From assembly GCA_951406725.2 (NCBI GenBank), contig OX597832.1, positions 22,568,001 through 22,632,000 of the forward strand: 64,000 bases of DNA, read 5' to 3'. Position 1 is the first letter of the stretch, and each line of letters starts with the position of its first letter. The DNA comes from Octopus vulgaris (taxonomy: Eukaryota). Both the position numbers and the translations under genes were made by a program. Positions 57,296 through 64,000 of the stretch are shown here, one piece after another. Under the pieces are notes generated by a model, which saw only the letters and a program-made list of their open reading frames with translations, was not told the DNA's origin and did no database searches.

Positions 57296-57655
57296 TGTGG
57301 CACTCCGTCGGTTCCAAAAACGAGAGTTCCAGTTGGTCCGTGAAGTTAACGTGTAAGTGGCTGAGCACTCCACAGACACCTGTACACTTAACGTAGTTCT
57401 CGGGGATATTCAGCGTGGCACAGAGTGTGGCAAGACTGGCTCTTCGAAACACAGGTACAACAGAAGCAGAAAGAAAGAGTGAGAGAAATTTGTGGTGAAA
57501 GAGTACAGCAGGTTTCGCCAACACCCACTACCGGAGAGACGTGAAGCTTTAGGTGTTTTCGCTCAATAAACACTCACTACGCCCGGTCTGGGAATCGAAA
57601 CCGTGATCCTACGACCGCGAGTCCGCTACACTAACCACTGGGCCATTGCACCTCA
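57296..57655 (-). mobile_element. SINE family C, tail type 2
   Basis: Homologous to 51343-51717. Confidence 0.9.
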
Positions 57656-57932
57656 CTTATATAGATATTTCTAGTTTATACGAACAACAGCTCAGCTGAT
57701 GACCTTAATCTAATTATCACAACAGAATGTATCCTAACACGCCTTGAGATTCTTCATTCAATTAAATCCATAATGCACAACATTACATTCAACACTTCTA
57801 TTTTTCTTCGAATTATGTATGTATGTATGTATGTATGTATGTATGTATGCATGTATGCATATATGTATATGTATGCATATATGTATGTATGTATGTATGT
57901 ATGTGTATATATATATATGTAAATGAATATTC

Positions 57933-58026
<94 letters not shown>

Positions 58027-58077
58027 ATCTATCTATCCATCTATCTGTCAGTATATATATATATATATATATATATA

Positions 58078-58290
58078 GTTAATCCAAACAAGAAAACACA
58101 GAAAAAAAGAGAAAAAAACAGCAACGCGAGGACGTGGAACAATTAAAGTATTATTTGACGCTCAGGAAAGAAGGGAAGGAGGGTTTAACGTTTCGAGCGG
58201 AGCTCTTCGTCGGAAACAAGGAGAAGGAAAGATCCCAAGAAGGGAAGACAGAGGAAAAAATATTTTTGCTGGTGGTGCTCAAGAGATCAC
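58078..58290 (-). mobile_element. Repeat family H copy 3 (hammerhead core CCGACGA)
   Basis: Minus strand GTTT-CCGACGA-A-GAGCTCCGCTC-GAAACGTT-AAAC. It starts directly after (TA)n. Confidence 0.8.
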
Positions 58291-58653
58291 ATATATATAT
58301 ATATATATATATGCATAATTATAAGGTCTTAGAAACATTTTCTAGCTTATATGCTGAGAAATAGACGCTAAATCGTCTCACCAATCAAAGAAGTCACAAA
58401 TACATGTGTTGAATTCGACGAAACAAGCTAAAGGAATTTTTTCTAAAATAGTTAGTTCTGTATTAGCCTAATTTCTAGATTTGCCTAAACGCTATCCCGG
58501 GAGAACCTTTAGGCTAAAAAATTTTTCCTAGCCCTTATTATAATTATATATATAATTATCACCTTAATTGGTTTCATTTTATATGCTGGCCATTAATAAA
58601 TTTTTTTTCAAAATTTTATCCTCTATTATTGTATGTGTAAATACATACATATA

Positions 58654-58917
58654 TCACCGTGATCACCGTGACCGACCAGTCTATCAGCTGCTGCTGCACA
58701 TCGCTGGTCACAATGCGTTTCGCATTGTTTTAGCCATCAAATGACGCCACCCTGCTGGCTAAGCGAGCAGGCCAACAGAAGAAAGAGTGAGAGAAAGTTG
58801 TGGCGAAAGAGTACAGCAGGGATCGCCACCACCCCCTGCCGGAGCCTCGTGGAGCTTTATGTGTTTTCGCTCAATAAACACTGACATTGCCCGGTCTGCG
58901 AATCGAAACCGCGATCT
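58654..58917 (-). mobile_element. SINE family C, tail type 1, 5' truncated
   Basis: Homologous to 10913-11228. Confidence 0.88.
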
Positions 58918-59052
58918 TTGTAAGTTTCTACATATACTTATATATGTATAGATAGACACACATGTATATAGACACGTTGAAATATATTTCTGAGTATGTA
59001 TATATAGCCAGATATCTTTGTATATTTTTACATATATTTATATACGTATAGT

Positions 59053-59110
<58 letters not shown>

Positions 59111-59381
59111 CATATACACTAAGAGATATATTCTGTAATATAATTAGTGGTATCTCGTTAAATAATTGTAAAATTGAAGAAGTAATGTATAAAACTATCT
59201 TTTCAACCCTTTCCACTAATCTTATTACTTAAAAAACCTCATGAGATTCTTTGAAAAATTCTAAATTTCAGTATCTGAAGCTAAATATTTTTTTGTAAAT
59301 TTTCCAAAAATTATTTCCTTTAACGTAATTATCTGCATATAACTTTCTTTTTAATATTTCTTCTTTCAGAGAAAATCTTCT

Positions 59382-59767
59382 TTTCTACTCTAGACACAAG
59401 GGCTGCAATTTTGGGGTGTGGGGGTGGGCAGTCGATTAGATCGACACTAGTACGCAGCTGGTACTTAATTTATCGACTCTGGAAGGATGAAAGGCAAGTC
59501 GACCTCGTCGGAATTTGAACTCAGAAAGTAAAGATAGACGAAATACCTATTTCTTTATTACCCACAAGGGGCTAAACATAGAGGAGACAAACATGGACAG
59601 ACATAGGTATTAAGTCGATTATATCGACCCCAGTGCTTAACTGGTACTTAATTTATCGACCCCGAAAGGATGAAAGGCAAAGTCGACCTCGGCGGAATTT
59701 GAACTCACAGCGTAACGGCAGCCGAAATACCGCTAAGCATTTCGCCTGAGTGTTAACGATTCTGCCA
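59382..59767 (-). mobile_element. SINE family B, dimeric
   Basis: Two GTCGACCTCG.CGGAATTTGAACTCA cores joined by the linker CCTATTTCTTTA.TACCCACAAGG.GCTAAACA, also seen at ~19930 and ~6340. Confidence 0.88.
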
Positions 59768-59933
59768 TGATGGGGAACCGCCCTGATGGCTGTAATCGAT
59801 TAAATTGACTCTTGTACTTACGCTATTCACCTCTTTTGTCATATCGCTAAGTTACAGGACGTAAACAAACCAGCACCTGCTGTCATGTGCGAATGGAAGA
59901 CAAACATGAGGCAAACATAAACACACACACAAA

Positions 59934-59992
<59 letters not shown>

Positions 59993-60084
59993 ACATGAAA
60001 CTGAGTCTGTTTCGCGACCAGAGTTTCACACTGTTAAGATCTTCAGACGAGAACTGTACCTCGTCGAGATCCCTGGTGCGTGTG

Positions 60085-60130
<46 letters not shown>

Positions 60131-60363
60131 GCACGCACACACACACACTCACATATATATATATATATATATAGACAGATATATTATTTTCCCTCAGTCT
60201 ACACGATTCTCTTTTTGGGATTACAATTTGGGTCGGTTGTTTTAACTCTCTATAAAAACACCTTAGCACACGCCCCCATCCGTTTCTCCATTTTCCACTC
60301 ACCTTAATTTCCTTCACTTCTTCGTTACTGAGATAAATCATACTAGGATTGGCTGTGTGGCTA

Positions 60364-60760
60364 CGCAGGAGTGGCTGTGTGGTAAGTAGCTTGTTTACCA
60401 ACCACATGGTTCCGGATTCAGACCCACTGCGTGGCACCTTGGGCAAGTGTCTTCTACTATAGCCTCGGGCCGACCAAAGCCTTGTGAGTGGATTTGGTAG
60501 ACGGAAACTGAAGGAAGCCCGTCGTATATATGTATATATTTATATATGTTTGTGTGTCTGTGTTCGTCCCCCTAGCATTGCTTGACAACCGATGCTGGTG
60601 TGTTTATGTCTCCGTCACTTGGCGGTTCGGCAAAAGAGACCGATATAATAAGTACTGGGCTTACAAAGAATAAGTCCCGGGGTCGAGTTGCTCAATTAAA
60701 GGCGGTGCTCCAGCCTGGCCGCAGTCAAATGACTGAAACAAGTAAAAGAGTAAAGAGAGT
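60364..60760 (+). mobile_element. SINE family A, near full-length
   Basis: Head, short TA tract and tail ending GTAAAAGAGTAAAGAGAGT. Confidence 0.92.
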
Positions 60761-61543
60761 ATACATAAACTCATGTGTTTACGAAGTGACCTTCTTAATC
60801 TCACCGTCATACTTACTTATTTTATTATGCTTATTTGCTTAAATATTACTCACTTCCATTGATATATAACTCTAGTCATTATGTATTCCTTATATCCTTT
60901 CTTCTATGAAGCGTTCGGTTCCATCTGATTAATTATAATGTATTTCTGAGGTCCTCTCTCATTTGCCTTTAGTTCTTTTGGTTATTTCCAATATAAACAC
61001 AGGAATATTTAATTTTCTATTATCCCCGAATCAGTTCAGAAACGACCATGAACAGACGAAGTAGACTTTAATATTATTTAACTTGTATTCCTTTTACAAT
61101 GCAAATTGTTAGGAAATTTCTGCTCGAATGAAAACGTTCGCCTACCTTAACGATTATCATGCAGATTATAATCACCCAAAACCTTAATCACTTCCTAAAA
61201 TTCTGCTTAATTCTTTAAAAATACTCTGCCGATTTCTATTTAGCATAATATCAATGGTTCTAACAATTGTTGTTGAAATCAGAAAACCGAAGTTTTAATT
61301 TATTGAGATTCTTGTTTCAATGCAGAAGAGATTTCCTGCTTGATCTAATTATTGTTACCTTGTAATTGAGTTTTACTATCTTAAAATGACTGTTCTTTGA
61401 TAAATGGCATCGAATAACTTATCCGTCTCTTGGTGTGTAATGTCTGGAGGTAGGTTATATAACGCAGACTCTCCTAGTAAGACGTTTAATCTAGTTCTGA
61501 CTTCTGTCTCCGACTGAATATATTACAATATATATTACTATAA

Positions 61544-61633
<90 letters not shown>

Positions 61634-61643
61634 GTCTATCTAT

Positions 61644-61729
<86 letters not shown>

Positions 61730-62195
61730 CTGGTCAATCTCTCATCAACTTCTTCAAGTATCACTTGAAAAGGAAAGTGAGAGTAGAGAGACAAGTTTTG
61801 TCTAGCGAATGTTTCAAAAACAGATGGGTGAATGTAGGAAGGATGGCACGTATGAATGACGAAGCCACCTTGAGTATGATCCCATGAACCCGGAAAAATT
61901 TAAAACAGGGAGTTACTTATTTGCAAATAAATTTGTTAACATGTGACATTATTGACCGAGTTTACCGTAGTCTTTTCCGAATGCTTTTCTTTCCACGGAT
62001 AAACCTTATCTGCTTCCCCCTTTACACTTTACACCATGTCATTTCTGTGATAACGTTTGCCCTGAGATAACAGGGATGTAGTGAAACACAGGATTTTAAT
62101 GCTCCTGCTGCTTCTGCTACTTCTGCTACTGCTGCTCCTGCTGCTTCTACTACTTCTGCTACTGCTGCTCCTGCTGCTTCTGCTACTTCTACTAC

Positions 62196-62258
<63 letters not shown>

Positions 62259-62620
62259 CTATATTTTTATTGGTAGTTTGTGGTTTAGGTCAGATACAAA
62301 TACTAACCAATATTTTTCGATGTCTTTTTTTTCCGTTTGTTTTTAATCTTTTCCTGTTTGGTTATTTTTTCTGTTTATTGCTGAGTTTATTTCTTCGAAT
62401 CGTACGTGATTTTGATATATTACTTTAGAGGTTGTTCCTGATATTTATGAGGTTAGCCATAATATATCTGATTTGCAAAATTAGGTCTTATTTTTTTATG
62501 TCTCTTACAGTGACATACCTTTTAGAAGCGTCAATAATTATCTTGGTTAATATATGTATCAAATTGTCTATGTTGATAATTGTATTTGATGTCGAGTTCA
62601 GAAAACCTTAATTCTGTTAC

Positions 62621-62670
<50 letters not shown>

Positions 62671-63135
62671 GTTATTGTTATTTGTATTATTATTATGGTA
62701 ATCTTTCTATTGTGGTTTCTTTTTGAAGTTTCTAAAAACGTTTTTTGCTTTCTTGATCGATTGTTCGAGTATTTTGTATTGGCAATTAGTAGGTGGTCGG
62801 AAGGAAGTCTAAGAATTGTTCTTCAGTCACGTGATCAAAATATCTAGACTATGGTGATGTCTATAGTTTTTTCCCCAATGGCGGTGTTTGCGAAACTGCT
62901 AACGTGGTGTAGTCGATGTAAAAAAAGCTTGACTTCTTTGAATTTCCTTCTACGAGATCCACTCACAAACCATTTGTCGGCAAGGAGTTATTGTAAAAAA
63001 CATTTTCCCAAGGTGCCACACTGTGGTATTGAACTCCAACCCACATGGTTGAGAAGCAAGATTTTGAGCTACACAGCCAGCCAGTGGTGTTTTTCTTTTT
63101 CTGCTTTGTTTTGGTTTGGTTAGGCCAGGAGCTCA

Positions 63136-63199
<64 letters not shown>

Positions 63200-63800
63200 C
63201 CTAATCTTCAGAAGGGACACATTACAGAACTCAATACGTAAGTGTAGAGTATTTTGTAATACATCATAACTAAAATACTCCTATTTACAGTACTTTGAGA
63301 TGCACATTTCCAACCATACAGTAGGTAGTCCGAGTTCGCTTTTCCATGGGAATATTTGCCGTTTCAATATGTTTTTGAAGCATTGTCTAAAAGCATATGT
63401 ATGTGTGTCTGTGTGTACCTATCAGTAAATGTAATATGTCTGTATATAGCAGACCACAGTATAGAGAAGATTCACGTCGACAGTATCGTTGTAAGTGCCT
63501 TTTATTGTAAGCTTTTGTTTTGTCTCTGCTCTCCGTACATCTTGTTCTGAAGAAAGACAATGCCTTAAACATAACAATTACCCATTTCTGTATGTATGTA
63601 TGTATATGTCTCCATGATAGATCGGTAGCCACTACACATTTTCTCTCCTTGTTTCCCTCTTTGTTTTTTTCTGTCCCTTTCTGTTGAAGAGCATAGGTTC
63701 GAAATGTAAAAGACACTTTAAAATCCTGAGCGTTATGCTAATACATCTGTTTGTTTTGTACACCACCTGTCTTCGTCTTTTTTTTTTCATAAACTCTCCC

Positions 63801-63841
<41 letters not shown>

Positions 63842-64000
63842 TGAGAGAGAGGAAGAGAGAGAGAATAAAGCAGGGGGAGCAAGAACAAACACGGCAGCGA
63901 AAGATGCGTGACGAAAAATTTCCGGATAATGGATAGGCATTAACATAATTTCCGGACAATGGACAGGCACTAAAATAATAAGATAACAGTAATAAAAGAA

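Overview
Eukaryotic, AT-rich DNA saturated with microsatellites and SINEs. The repeat make-up suggests a coleoid cephalopod such as Octopus, which is an inference. Only one host coding exon is supported: the first coding exon (N-terminus, TM1, TM2) of a rhodopsin-family neuropeptide GPCR on the minus strand at 21683-21979, ending in a clean GT donor. The rest of the gene appears to lie beyond the left edge. Almost all ORFs in the supplied track are microsatellite translations. The window holds at least four tRNA-derived SINE families, Tc1, mariner and DD37D (maT) transposon remnants, an R4/Dong-like LINE 3' end and several foldback elements. The most notable signal is a set of short non-coding inserts in (TA)n tracts, often the internal (TA)n of a SINE, that carry hammerhead ribozyme (HHR) motifs. 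These include a canonical intact type I hammerhead at 27801-27880, a three-copy minimal-hammerhead family, two long palindromes built from inverted hammerhead motifs, and candidate permuted (type II) hammerheads. This is consistent with non-autonomous Penelope-like/retrozyme elements. All structures were read by eye and no folding or database search was run.
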